Origin: Candidatus Latescibacterota bacterium
GTDB taxonomy: Bacteria; Latescibacterota; UBA2968; GCA-2709665
Direction of reading: 5' to 3'
Assembly (NCBI GenBank): GCA_965222075.1
Contig: OZ244937.1
Location: 3,360,001-3,424,000 of the forward strand
DNA: 64,000 nucleotides
Under the pieces are notes generated by a model, which worked only from the letters and a program-made list of their open reading frames with translations, was not told the origin of the DNA and made no database searches. Below are positions 18,447 to 28,391 of this stretch, piece by piece (the first letter of the stretch is position 1; every line of letters starts with the position of its first letter). The translations under genes were made by a program, and so were the position numbers.

Positions 18447-19232
18447 TTATCGATATTCCGCCATCAGCCGTCTCAAATATCTGATTTCGTGTTCAGCGGT
18501 TTCATACGGCGGGTGGTGGCTTCCGTGTTCGATGGAGATATAGCCGTCAAAACCTCCGGACCTCAACACCCGGATAAAGGCGGAAAAGTCCACATCGCCT
18601 GAGTCCAGGAATGTCAGGTTGGGCCAGGCGCCGACCCAGTTGTGGGCGTGGAGGTGAACGACATGCTCCCCCAATTTTTCGGCCGTGTAGAAGACCGATT
18701 CTCCGATCAGGGGCGTCTGAAGGTTCACACTCAGGTTGTCCATCCCCACATCATTCAGCAGCCTGAGCGTGGTGGCGGTGGTATCGGTCAGGTTAGGGCC
18801 GTGGTGGATGACCTGGTGGGTTTCCAGGGGAAAAGAGACGCCGTGGGGAGCGCCCATCTCACAGATCTTTTGCAGTCCCCTCACGCAGGCATCCCACTGC
18901 TCCGGTGTGGCGTCGGCACTGCCCACGTTGCCGGTGTAGGTTCTGATGAAGGCACAACCCAACTCGACTGCATAACCAGTGAAGGTCTCCGCGTCCCGGA
19001 TGCTCTTGTCCCAGGTTTCCAAGCTTGTGGTAAAATCGAAGTAGGGACAGATCTGAACGATTTCCAGGTCGTGTTCATCGGTGATGGCTTTGACCCACCC
19101 CAAATCCGCCTCTTTCAAATACTGCTCCCATAACTCCAGCCCATCGTACCCCAGTTCGGCCAGCCTGGGAATCGCTTCCTCGATATCCTCCTGCGTATGG
19201 CCAAATGCATTCGCACAAAACGATGCCTTCAT
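18447..19232 (-). CDS. Sugar phosphate isomerase/epimerase (xylose-isomerase-like TIM barrel)
   Basis: GYDGLEL, LETH, HLHAHN, GFDGYISIEH; start set at MKASF. Confidence 0.88.
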   Translation of the reverse strand: MKASFCANAFGHTQEDIEEAIPRLAELGYDGLELWEQYLKEADLGWVKAITDEHDLEIVQICPYFDFTTSLETWDKSIRDAETFTGYAVELGCAFIRTYTGNVGSADATPEQWDACVRGLQKICEMGAPHGVSFPLETHQVIHHGPNLTDTTATTLRLLNDVGMDNLSVNLQTPLIGESVFYTAEKLGEHVVHLHAHNWVGAWPNLTFLDSGDVDFSAFIRVLRSGGFDGYISIEHGSHHPPYETAEHEIRYLRRLMAEYR

Positions 19233-19471
19233 CGTATCCTCCCGATTCTTATCAAGCAAAGTAGAAAATCCCTGGAAAATTAACAAGCAAAAAATGACGG
19301 CCGTTCAAGCCTTCCGGTCCTGCGCAGGTCGTTGGTTATGGCCATTTGACAGGTCATATAGGCGTTTTCCTTCAAAAAAGTCCTTGACCGCAGAAGGCCT
19401 GTGGTGCATAATCAGGATAGCAGCAGGAGCGGGCAAGGGTATCGAAGAAAAAAAAGCGGGCTAAAAAGACC

Positions 19472-19499
19472 TTGACGTCCCCCCACTTTTTCTTATATT
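19472..19499 (+). promoter_or_regulatory. Putative promoter for the radical SAM gene
   Basis: TTGACG-16 bp-TATATT, same pattern as at 31421 and 36319. Confidence 0.5.
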
Positions 19500-19800
19500 T
19501 TCTATCACTTAAAACTGAAGATAAGTAATCGCGCATATATCTTCTGAGATAATGGAGCCTGCCTCAATGTCAAAGTCAGGTATTCCAACCCATTATTTTA
19601 CAGAAGGATAATTTAAAGAAGGGAGGTAAACCGGTACTTTATAATCTCAATGCCATAGCATCATTTGATCTGTATATTAGAAAATTTCGTTCTCCAAGAC
19701 GCTCCAGTGTATTGCGTGTGATAAGGGAGGGACTGTTGAGAACGGAGGGGAACCTATGTTCATTAATATTAATCAAGGATATTAAAAGGGAGGAGTTTCA

Positions 19801-21744
19801 ATGAGCTATCGAGACCGTCTAATCTCAACAGCTGCTGATATTGCCTGGAAAATCTTTCAAAGCGTCAACACACGTATCCCCGAAGGTCAGCCGTTTCAGC
19901 CTGCATGGGCTCCAGCGCCCCTGTTGAAAAGCTACGAACGCAGCAAGCCCCAGCTTGGGTTTCCCCGTGAGACAGACTCGCTGTGCCCCGACTGCGTCAA
20001 AGAGGTCAGAAATGCGGTCATCGAAGGCCGGCGCGACATCCGCGAACTGGTTGAAGGCCATCCCGGTGAGATCAAGATGCAGATGTTGGAGGAAAACGGG
20101 CAAATCGTCCTGCGCAAGACCTGTCCGATACACGGCATCTACGAAGACATTCAGTCGATCGATCCCGAATTCAGTCAGATCATTGAGAGCCGTTTCCCCG
20201 GCCGCGACTACCGCACCTTTGGCGACGAACACATCCACCACCACGGCACCTCCAGCATCAAGTACGGGCGTGGGGCGGTGCTCACCATCGATCTGACCAA
20301 CCGCTGCAACATGATGTGCAACCCCTGCTTTATGGACGCCAACCAGGTGGGGTATGTGCACGAATTGACCCTCGATGAGGTCAAGCGCATCCTGGATGCG
20401 TCCATCTCATTCAAACCCAGGCGGCAGATGTCGGTTCAGTTCTCCGGCGGTGAACCCACCATCTCCCCGCACTTCTTAGAAGCCTGCCAGTATGCCAAAG
20501 AGGTGGGATACTGGTGCGTGCAGGCGGCAACCAACGGGGTGCGGTTTGCCCAGGATCCCGAATTCGCGTTTGCCGCCAAGGAGGCCGGCCTGGACATGGC
20601 CTACTTGCAGTTCGACGGGGTGACCAACACGGCCAACCAGCACCGCCACATCTCCAACCTCTTCGACGCCAAGCTCCTGGCCATGGAAAGCCTCGCCAGG
20701 GCCGACATCGACATCACACCGGTCACTACGGTGTTAAACACCATCAACAACGACCAGGTGGGTCCCATCCTCCAGTTCTGCATCGACAACAGCGACAAGG
20801 TCGGCTCCATCTCCTTCCAGCCGATCTCGTTTACCGGCCGCGACGAAGACATCAGCAATGAGCTTCGCCACCAGCAGCGCTACACCATCTCCCACCTCGC
20901 CCACGACCTGGAGGAATGGTCAGGAGGGAAGCTGCAGGCCCACCGCGACTGGTATCCGCTGGGTGCGGGCATCCTGTTTACCACCCTGGCCGACCACCTG
21001 CGCGGTCCGGACATCCAGTTTGGGGGTCAGACCTGTTCCTGCCACCCCAACTGCGGCTCTGCCCTCCACATTATGGTCAACGAAAAGACGAAGGCGTGGG
21101 CGGCCATCACTGAGTTCTTCGATCAGGACCAGTTTATGAAAGACATTGAAGTGATGACCGACACTTCGCGCGACCCCAAGCTGATCAAAGTGCAGGCGGC
21201 TCTCTCCCTGCTGCGCAACTTCAATTTGAAGAAGGCACCCCCGGGGTTCAAGCTGGAAGACCTGGGGCGCATCTTCGACCGCAGAGTGGGCGGCTCCATA
21301 AGCGGGGGTGAGCGCCCGGAAGACAGGGAGTGGCGGATTATGTGGGTGGGCGGCATGTGGTTCCAGGACCTGTGGACCTACGACTTTCGCCGCACCGAGA
21401 TGTGTGTGATCCCCTATGCCACCCAGGATGGCGAGATCTCCTTTTGCGCCTACAACACCGGCATCGGCTGGCGTCAGATCATCGAGAACATACACATGAC
21501 CGCCACCACGGCCGAATGGTTCAAGACGGTTGGCCGGCATTCCATATACGCGGGTGACCGGGACATGCCCCTGCCGGATGCGCAGCACACATTGAGGGTG
21601 CGGGAGAACGAGAACGGCGAACTGGAGCTGCCCGTGGTCGATGAGCAGTCCGGCAACAGCAGCTGTGGCTGCTCCTCTACCGACACACAGGAGGAGATTA
21701 AGAAGATTGTCTCCGCGCCGGTAGAAGAGGGCACCATCGCGTAG
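19801..21744 (+). CDS. Radical SAM protein, tetraether lipid synthase (Tes/GDGT-MAS, MJ0619-like) bacterial homologue
   Basis: N-terminal SLCPDC..CPIHG rubredoxin-like site, TNRCNMMCNPCF (CxxxCxxC), FSGGEPT, LQFDG, CSCHPNCG, C-terminal C..ISFCAYN; RBS GGAGGAG. Confidence 0.82.
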   Translation: MSYRDRLISTAADIAWKIFQSVNTRIPEGQPFQPAWAPAPLLKSYERSKPQLGFPRETDSLCPDCVKEVRNAVIEGRRDIRELVEGHPGEIKMQMLEENGQIVLRKTCPIHGIYEDIQSIDPEFSQIIESRFPGRDYRTFGDEHIHHHGTSSIKYGRGAVLTIDLTNRCNMMCNPCFMDANQVGYVHELTLDEVKRILDASISFKPRRQMSVQFSGGEPTISPHFLEACQYAKEVGYWCVQAATNGVRFAQDPEFAFAAKEAGLDMAYLQFDGVTNTANQHRHISNLFDAKLLAMESLARADIDITPVTTVLNTINNDQVGPILQFCIDNSDKVGSISFQPISFTGRDEDISNELRHQQRYTISHLAHDLEEWSGGKLQAHRDWYPLGAGILFTTLADHLRGPDIQFGGQTCSCHPNCGSALHIMVNEKTKAWAAITEFFDQDQFMKDIEVMTDTSRDPKLIKVQAALSLLRNFNLKKAPPGFKLEDLGRIFDRRVGGSISGGERPEDREWRIMWVGGMWFQDLWTYDFRRTEMCVIPYATQDGEISFCAYNTGIGWRQIIENIHMTATTAEWFKTVGRHSIYAGDRDMPLPDAQHTLRVRENENGELELPVVDEQSGNSSCGCSSTDTQEEIKKIVSAPVEEGTIA

Positions 21745-21767
21745 CCGAACCGGGGCCGCCGAGATTT

Positions 21768-21806
21768 AGCATCCGGGTGTGTGAAACCATCCGGATGCTT
21801 TTTTTT
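21768..21806 (+). terminator. Rho-independent terminator
   Basis: agcatccgg...ccggatgct followed by a T run. Confidence 0.8.
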
Positions 21807-21886
21807 CCCTCTTCTCTTTCTACTTTTACATAACCTCTAAAAAGGGCGTTGTCAAGCCAAAACCGGGCGCTGCTTCCAGCTTGCCA

Positions 21887-21915
21887 TTGACAAATTACCT
21901 GCAATTATGTATCAT
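21887..21915 (+). promoter_or_regulatory. Promoter of the tig operon
   Basis: TTGACA-17 bp-TATCAT. Confidence 0.7.
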
Positions 21916-21974
21916 TCCATTTCAGGTCAGCAAAAGCGTCGTATATGTTTTAGCCGAAAGGAACGCCGGGGTTG

Positions 21975-23261
21975 ATGAAGGTCCAGACGACAGAATCCGG
22001 GACCTGGCGCCGGACGCTGGAAGTTGAGGTTCCCGCAGAGGCCGTGGAAGAACGGTTTCAGGCGGCCTATAAAACTTACAGCAAATCGTTAAACCTGCCG
22101 GGCTTTCGGAAGGGCAGGGTTCCGGTCAACATCGTCAAAGCGCGCTTTGGCAAAGCCATCCAGGGTGAAGTCCTGCAGAACCTCCTGGAGGAATTCTACC
22201 GGGAGGCCAGCAAGGCCGAAGGCCTGCATCCCGTCTCCGAAGCCACCATCGAAGAGGTGGACTACGACGAAGGCAAGCCCCTCACGTTCAAGGCCTCGGT
22301 GGACATCAGGCCGGAATTCGCGGTCAAAAACTACAAGGGTCTCAGAGTCACCCGTCCTGTCTTCAAGGTGGAAGAGGCCCACATTGAGGAACAGCTCCAC
22401 TTTCTCCAGAACCAGAACGCTACAGAACAGGTGGTAGACCGGCCCGCTGCCCTTGGAGACGTCCTGGTCGCAGACCTCCAGGAGCTCGATGTATCAGGCC
22501 TCCCCATCATCGGCAGGAGGCAGGAAGACCGGACCTTCCTGATCGGCGGGCCCAACGCGACCAGTCACGACCTGGACAACCAGCTCGTCGGAGTATCTGC
22601 CGGAGAAGAGCGGCACGTGCGGCTCGTCCACGCGGAGGACCACACCAACCCGGGTCTGGCCGAACAGGAAGTCCGCTTCCAGGTCACCGCCAAAGAGGTC
22701 CGGGAACGCAACCTGCCCGAACTCGACGACGAATTTGCCAAAGACATCGGAGACTTTGAATCCTTGGACGGCCTCAAAACGCGCATCCGCGATGACCTCC
22801 AGGCCCGGGCCGACTACACCTCCCGAAGGCGCCTGGATGAAAACATCATCGACGCCCTCATCCGACAGAACGACTTCGAAATCCCCGACAGCATGGTGGA
22901 AAACTACCTGAACGCCCTGGTCGAAACCTACGAAAAAGAACACGCCGGACACGACCACGACATCGACACCGACGCCGTCCGGCGGGAAAACCGGGAGGGC
23001 GCCCTCCGGAGCGTCAAGCGGTATCTCCTCTTAGAAGGAGTTGCCAAACAGGAGGACATCAAAGTCACCGAGGGTGACACGGAGAAGCACCTCGAAGGCC
23101 TCTCGGAGCGCCACAACGTCGAGGGCCCCCGGCTGCGGCAGATTCTCAGCCGCTCGGGTCAACTCGAACGGATGGAATCCGAACTCCTCGAGCAGAAGAC
23201 CCTCGGCTTCCTCATCGAACAGGGCAAAATTGAAGACGTTGAGGAAGCCGTCGAAGCGTAA
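21975..23261 (+). CDS. tig: Trigger factor
   Basis: PGFRKGRVP ribosome-binding motif, LPELDDEFAK. Confidence 0.96.
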   Translation: MKVQTTESGTWRRTLEVEVPAEAVEERFQAAYKTYSKSLNLPGFRKGRVPVNIVKARFGKAIQGEVLQNLLEEFYREASKAEGLHPVSEATIEEVDYDEGKPLTFKASVDIRPEFAVKNYKGLRVTRPVFKVEEAHIEEQLHFLQNQNATEQVVDRPAALGDVLVADLQELDVSGLPIIGRRQEDRTFLIGGPNATSHDLDNQLVGVSAGEERHVRLVHAEDHTNPGLAEQEVRFQVTAKEVRERNLPELDDEFAKDIGDFESLDGLKTRIRDDLQARADYTSRRRLDENIIDALIRQNDFEIPDSMVENYLNALVETYEKEHAGHDHDIDTDAVRRENREGALRSVKRYLLLEGVAKQEDIKVTEGDTEKHLEGLSERHNVEGPRLRQILSRSGQLERMESELLEQKTLGFLIEQGKIEDVEEAVEA

Positions 23262-23357
23262 CCATCGTTCGCCGTTCGTGAATCGTCGTTTGTACCTCGT
23301 GGTTTGCCTTATACGAGCGACAAGCGGCGATCACCATACTCTGGAGCGTAAAATACT

Positions 23358-23972
23358 ATGGCACTTGTACCAATGGTAGTAGAGCAAACCGGCCGCGGCG
23401 AACGGGCCTACGATATCTTCTCGCGCCTCTTGAAAGACAACATCATCTTTATCGGATTTCCCATCAACGACACCATCGCCAACCTCGTCATCGCGCAAAT
23501 GCTTTTTTGTCATACCGAAACCCCCGACAAGTCCATTAGCCTCTACATCAACTCCCCCGGGGGCAGCATCACCGCCGGGCTGGCCATCTACGACACCATG
23601 CAGTATGTCCCCAACGAAGTGGAAACCGTCTGTTTGGGACAGGCCTTTAGCATGGCGGCAGTACTCCTCGCGGGAGGCACCAAGGGCCAGCGGCGGGCCC
23701 TGCCCAACTCCCGCATCCTGCTGCATCAGCCCATGGGCGGAGCAGGCGGGCAGGCCTCCGATGTGGAACGTCACGCCAAAGAGATCCTGCAGTGGCGCGA
23801 TAAAATCAACGAGATCCTGGCCGAACGAACCGGACAGCCCCTGGATAGAATTGCCAAAGACACAGATCGCGACTTCTTTATGTCCGCCGAAGAGTCCAAA
23901 GCATACGGCCTGATCGACGAAGTCTTTACCTCCGACAAAGGGGAATCCGAAATTCCCGACGACGACACGTAG
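23358..23972 (+). CDS. clpP: Clp protease proteolytic subunit
   Basis: [32 protein letters not shown]. Confidence 0.98.
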   Translation: MALVPMVVEQTGRGERAYDIFSRLLKDNIIFIGFPINDTIANLVIAQMLFCHTETPDKSISLYINSPGGSITAGLAIYDTMQYVPNEVETVCLGQAFSMAAVLLAGGTKGQRRALPNSRILLHQPMGGAGGQASDVERHAKEILQWRDKINEILAERTGQPLDRIAKDTDRDFFMSAEESKAYGLIDEVFTSDKGESEIPDDDT

Positions 23973-24008
23973 GGGCGCGGTGCCCGCAACAACAAAACGG
24001 ATATTCCG

Positions 24009-25256
24009 ATGAAAAGACGATCTTCCCGTACAGACCTCAGGTGCTCCTTCTGCGGAAAAAGCCCGGACCACGATCAGGTCGACAAGATCATCAACGGACC
24101 CAACGTGCAAATCTGCAGCGACTGCGTCAGGCTCTGCAACGAGGTCCTCCTCGAAGACGCCAAGCAGAAACCCGTATCCTTCCAAAAGAACCTGCCCAAA
24201 CCCACTGAAATCAAGACCCGCCTGGACGACTACGTCATCGGGCAGGAGGCGGCCAAGCGCACGCTCTCGGTGGCGGTCTACAATCACTACAAGCGCATCC
24301 GCTCCAAGGTCGCCACAGACGACGTGGAACTCGACAAGAGCAACATCCTTCTCCTCGGCCCCACCGGGACCGGAAAGACCCTCCTGGCCCAGACCCTGGC
24401 GCGCATCCTGCAGGTCCCCTTCTCCATTGCCGATGCCACCATCCTCACCGAGGCCGGCTACGTGGGAGAAGACGTGGAAAACATCCTGGTCCGGCTGCTC
24501 CAGGCGGCCGACTACGACGTGGCGCAGGCCGAAATGGGCATCCTCTACTTAGACGAGATCGACAAGGTCTCCCGAAAATCCGCCAACCCGTCCATCACCC
24601 GAGACGTATCGGGCGAGGGGGTGCAGCAGGCCCTGCTGAAAATCCTGGAAGGCACCACGGCCAGCATCCCCCCCAAAGGGGGGCGAAAGCACCCCGAGCA
24701 GCCTCTGGTCCAGATCAACACCAAAAACATCCTCTTCATCTGCGGCGGGGCCTTCAACGGCCTGGAAGACACCATCAGCGCCCGCATCGGCCGAAAAACC
24801 ATTGGCTTTGGATCGCAGACAGAAAAGGGCAAAAAACGGAACACCGGTGAACTCTTTGCCGAGACCGAACCGGAGGACCTCATCAAATACGGCCTGATCC
24901 CCGAACTGGTCGGGCGCCTCCCCGTAAGCTGCGCCCTCGATGACCTGGACGAAGATGTCCTCTTACGCATCCTCACCGAGCCGAAAAATGCCATCACCAA
25001 ACAGTACCGGAAACTCTTTGAAATGGACGGCGTCGACCTGACCTTTGAAGCGGAGGCGCTCCGGCGGGTCGTGGACCTGACCACAAAAAAAGGCACGGGC
25101 GCCCGGGGGCTCCGGTCCGTCCTGGAAGATATCATGATCGACCTGATGTACGATATCCCCTCCAACTCCGACCTGAAAGAGGTCGTTGTAACCGAAGAGA
25201 CGATCCTGAATCGGGTCAGCCCCCGGCTTCAGATCCAAAAGGTGAAAAGCGCCTAG
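24009..25256 (+). CDS. clpX: Clp protease ATP-binding subunit
   Basis: CSFCGK zinc finger, [16 protein letters not shown] loop. Confidence 0.98.
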   Translation: MKRRSSRTDLRCSFCGKSPDHDQVDKIINGPNVQICSDCVRLCNEVLLEDAKQKPVSFQKNLPKPTEIKTRLDDYVIGQEAAKRTLSVAVYNHYKRIRSKVATDDVELDKSNILLLGPTGTGKTLLAQTLARILQVPFSIADATILTEAGYVGEDVENILVRLLQAADYDVAQAEMGILYLDEIDKVSRKSANPSITRDVSGEGVQQALLKILEGTTASIPPKGGRKHPEQPLVQINTKNILFICGGAFNGLEDTISARIGRKTIGFGSQTEKGKKRNTGELFAETEPEDLIKYGLIPELVGRLPVSCALDDLDEDVLLRILTEPKNAITKQYRKLFEMDGVDLTFEAEALRRVVDLTTKKGTGARGLRSVLEDIMIDLMYDIPSNSDLKEVVVTEETILNRVSPRLQIQKVKSA

Positions 25257-25291
25257 CAGGGAAAATCCCTGCTTCGCCCCAAAACATTGGC

Positions 25292-25322
25292 AACCGGGGT
25301 CGGTGGAAACGCCCCGGTTTTC
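25292..25322 (+). terminator. Hairpin/terminator after clpX
   Basis: aaccggggt...gccccggtttt. Confidence 0.6.
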
Positions 25323-25361
25323 CTGTGTCTGTCCTGAGAATGCGTCATACCGACTTTGAAA

Positions 25362-25949
25362 ATGAAACTCCATTCCGCCGAATTTGTGACCAGCGTCGGG
25401 CACCTGAGCCAGGTCCCGGCGGAAGTCCTTCCCGAAATCGCCTTTGCCAGCCGGTCCAATGTGGGAAAATCCTCCCTGCTCAACCGGCTGCTCAACCGGA
25501 AAAACCTGGCCAAAACCAGCAACGCCCCGGGCAAAACGCGAACCTTGAACTACTACCGGGTCAACAGGACCTTCTACCTGGTCGACCTGCCCGGCTATGG
25601 ATACGCCCGGAGATCCCAGGAAGAACATAGGCGCTGGGCCGGCCTCATCAATGACTATCTGGAAAAACGAGAGTCCCTCCAGGGGGTCGTTCAGCTCCTG
25701 GATGCCCGGCACGACCCGACCGCCCTGGACCTTGACATGCTCCAATGGCTGCTGTATGTTCAAAAGCCATTCCTGGTGGTGGCCACAAAAACGGACAAAC
25801 TCCCCAGCAGCCGGTTAAACACCCGGCTCGGCCGGACCAGAGACATCCTCCTGAGCCTTGGAAAGATCGACCTGCTGCCCTTCTCGGCCAGGTCGGGCCG
25901 GGGCCGGGAGGCGGTCTGGAGATGGATTCAGGAGGCCGTCTATGGATGA
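25362..25949 (+). CDS. engB: Ribosome biogenesis GTPase EngB/YihA
   Basis: RSNVGKSS, PGKTR, DLPGYG, TKTD. Confidence 0.95.
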   Translation: MKLHSAEFVTSVGHLSQVPAEVLPEIAFASRSNVGKSSLLNRLLNRKNLAKTSNAPGKTRTLNYYRVNRTFYLVDLPGYGYARRSQEEHRRWAGLINDYLEKRESLQGVVQLLDARHDPTALDLDMLQWLLYVQKPFLVVATKTDKLPSSRLNTRLGRTRDILLSLGKIDLLPFSARSGRGREAVWRWIQEAVYG

Positions 25950-27042
25950 CTACCACATCGTGGATACCCACAAAATTCCTACCCCGGCCCTTGTGGTCTA
26001 TCGGCATATCGTAGAGGACAACATTCGCCGCATCGGAGAGATACTGGGGGGGTATGGGGGACTTCGAGCCCACATCAAGACCCACAAAATGTCCCGGGTC
26101 GTCCAGATGGAAATGGAAGCCGGCATCGGCAAGTTCAAGTGCGCCACACCCAAAGAGGCCGCCATGCTCGCCGCTACAGGCATCACCGACATTCTCATCG
26201 CCTACCCTGTCGTCGGGGCCGCGATCGAACGGGTCGTCAGCCTCAGGCGGAGTTATCCGCGAATCGATCTGAGGGTCATCGCCGACGACGCAGGCGCCCT
26301 GGTGGCCCTCTCAGGTGCCTGCGCCGCCGCCGGCATCACCCTTGGCGTTATGATCGACCTCAACACCGGCATGGACCGCACGGGTGCCCCTCCGGGAGAG
26401 ACCGCCCTCGCCCTGGCCAAAGCCATCGCCGACCTCCCCGGCCTCACCTTCGACGGCCTCCACGTCTACGACGGACACGTCGGCGTCCCGAACTCCGAAA
26501 TCCGCCGGCAGGCCGCCCTGGAATCGGTCGAAAAAGCCGTGGCAACCCGGCGCCTCATCGAAAAAGAGGGCGTTGGGGTCAAAACCCTGGTCGCCTCGGG
26601 ATCGCCCGGCTTCGAATTCACCGCCGGGGTGCCGGGTGTGGATGAGGTCTCCCCGGGCACCTGGGTCTTCTGGGATAACGGCTATAGCACCATTAACCCC
26701 GGCCAGTTTCGCTTTGCCGCCCTCGTCCTCTCCAGCGTCATCAGCACGCCCGGCCCCGACCTGATCACCCTGGATGCGGGTAGCAAGGCGGTCGCCCCGG
26801 ACACGCCCGAGCCCCATTTCCGGGCGCTGAGCCTGCCCGAAAACGTGGAATTTGTCCTGCGAAACGAAGAGCACCAGGTCCTCCGGCTCCCGCCGGGAAC
26901 GCCCCGTCCGGCCGTAGGCGACCTCTTCTACCTGGTCCCGTACCACATCTGCACCACGGTCAACCTCTACGACGAAGCCTGCATCATCAATGGCAATGGC
27001 GCCTTCGTTGAAACCTGGCCGGTAGATGCACGCGGACACTGA
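25942..27042 (+). CDS. D-threonine aldolase / D-serine dehydratase-like PLP enzyme
   Basis: TPALVV, RAHIKTHK, YDGH, NEEH, PYHICTTVNL. Confidence 0.88.
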   Translation: MDDYHIVDTHKIPTPALVVYRHIVEDNIRRIGEILGGYGGLRAHIKTHKMSRVVQMEMEAGIGKFKCATPKEAAMLAATGITDILIAYPVVGAAIERVVSLRRSYPRIDLRVIADDAGALVALSGACAAAGITLGVMIDLNTGMDRTGAPPGETALALAKAIADLPGLTFDGLHVYDGHVGVPNSEIRRQAALESVEKAVATRRLIEKEGVGVKTLVASGSPGFEFTAGVPGVDEVSPGTWVFWDNGYSTINPGQFRFAALVLSSVISTPGPDLITLDAGSKAVAPDTPEPHFRALSLPENVEFVLRNEEHQVLRLPPGTPRPAVGDLFYLVPYHICTTVNLYDEACIINGNGAFVETWPVDARGH

Positions 27043-27096
27043 GGGAGGAAGGCTGGGTCATTCTTCATTTTGCAATTCCCACACCTCCTTGAAGCC

Positions 27097-28254
27097 ATGT
27101 CCGCTCACAGTGCTCCCCGACAGCGCCTCTTCACCCCCGGTCCCACCCCCATCCCGGCCCGGGTGCAGGCCGCCATGGCAGGCCCCGTCGTCTACCACCG
27201 GGGGCCCGACTTTCCGGTCCTGCTTCGGGGCGTTGCCGCCGACCTGAAAACCGTCTTCCCCACCCCCCACGACCTCCTCCTCCTGGCCTGCTCCGGCACC
27301 GGGGTCATGGAGGCCGCCGTGGCCAACACCCTCACCCGGGGAGACCGGGCGCTCGTCGCTCAGGCCGGCCAGTTCGGGGCGCGGTGGGCCGACCTCTGCG
27401 GGGCCTATGGGGTAGACGTAAACCTGCTCGACTTCCCCTGGGGCACCGCCATTGACCCGGATGCCGTGGCCGATGCTCTCCGGAAAGACCCGTCCATACG
27501 CGCGGTTTTCGCCACCCAGAGCGAGACCGCCACCGGCGTCCTGCACGACATCGAGGCCCTTGGAGCCGTCGTGCGCCAGACCGGCGCCTTATTCATCGTT
27601 GACGGCGTCTCCAGCGTGGGAGCGCACCCCCTCCCCACCGCAAAGTGGGGCGTAGACATGGCCGTAACCGCCTCCCAGAAAGGCCTGATGCTCCCTCCCG
27701 GCCTGGGCATTGTCACCGTTGGGCCCCGCGCCTGGGAAGCGGCGGTGCGGTCCGACCTGCCCAAATACTACTGGAACCTGGGCGCATATCGGGAGGCCCT
27801 GTCGGAGGGCCGGGGTCCGGCTACCCTGCCGATCACCCTCCTCTCCGGCCTCAGGGCCGCCCTTGACATGATTGGGGAGGAGGGCCTGGAAGCCGTCTGG
27901 ACCCGGCACGCCCGGCACGCAGGTGCCGTCCGGTCTGCCGCCAAGGCGCTTGGCCTCTCCTGCTTTGCGCAGCGGCCCTCCAATGCCCTCACCGCCATCG
28001 GGCTGCCCGAAGGGATTGACGGCGTGGCCCTTACAGACTGCCTGCGCACCCGCTGTGGCGTCGTCATCGGCGGCGGCCTGGCCCACCTCCGGGGGCGCAT
28101 CGTGCGCATCTCCACCCTCGGCTATGTGGACGACCTGGATGTCCTCACCGCCGTTGCAGCCCTCGAAATGGGTCTCAAACACCAAAACTGGGCCTTCTCC
28201 CCCGGTTCTGGCGTCGCCGCCGCAGAACAGGCCTTAGCAGCCCGGGAGGAATGA
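27097..28254 (+). CDS. Class V aminotransferase (serine/alanine-glyoxylate type)
   Basis: LFTPGPT, SETATGV, VDGVSS, ASQKGLMLPPG. Confidence 0.92.
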   Translation: MSAHSAPRQRLFTPGPTPIPARVQAAMAGPVVYHRGPDFPVLLRGVAADLKTVFPTPHDLLLLACSGTGVMEAAVANTLTRGDRALVAQAGQFGARWADLCGAYGVDVNLLDFPWGTAIDPDAVADALRKDPSIRAVFATQSETATGVLHDIEALGAVVRQTGALFIVDGVSSVGAHPLPTAKWGVDMAVTASQKGLMLPPGLGIVTVGPRAWEAAVRSDLPKYYWNLGAYREALSEGRGPATLPITLLSGLRAALDMIGEEGLEAVWTRHARHAGAVRSAAKALGLSCFAQRPSNALTAIGLPEGIDGVALTDCLRTRCGVVIGGGLAHLRGRIVRISTLGYVDDLDVLTAVAALEMGLKHQNWAFSPGSGVAAAEQALAAREE

Positions 28255-28391
28255 GGGTTCATAAATCATAGCTCGGCCTGGATGGCCACCCCCCCACCGA
28301 TTTTCGACTTTGACTCGCAACTCACGACTCGGGACCCGCGACTTTTTTTTGCCGCCTCACATTTCACGGCCTCTATCTAAGGAGACAAACA

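Noticed and set aside
19568-19785. RiPP precursor for the radical SAM enzyme
   Set aside because: The enzyme is Tes-like with no SPASM/RRE signature, and the mini-ORFs lack precursor features.
23331-25763. Long antisense ORFs (for example 23331-24287 and 24963-25763, and similar shadows elsewhere)
   Set aside because: They are shadow frames of high-GC genes with no recognisable motifs.
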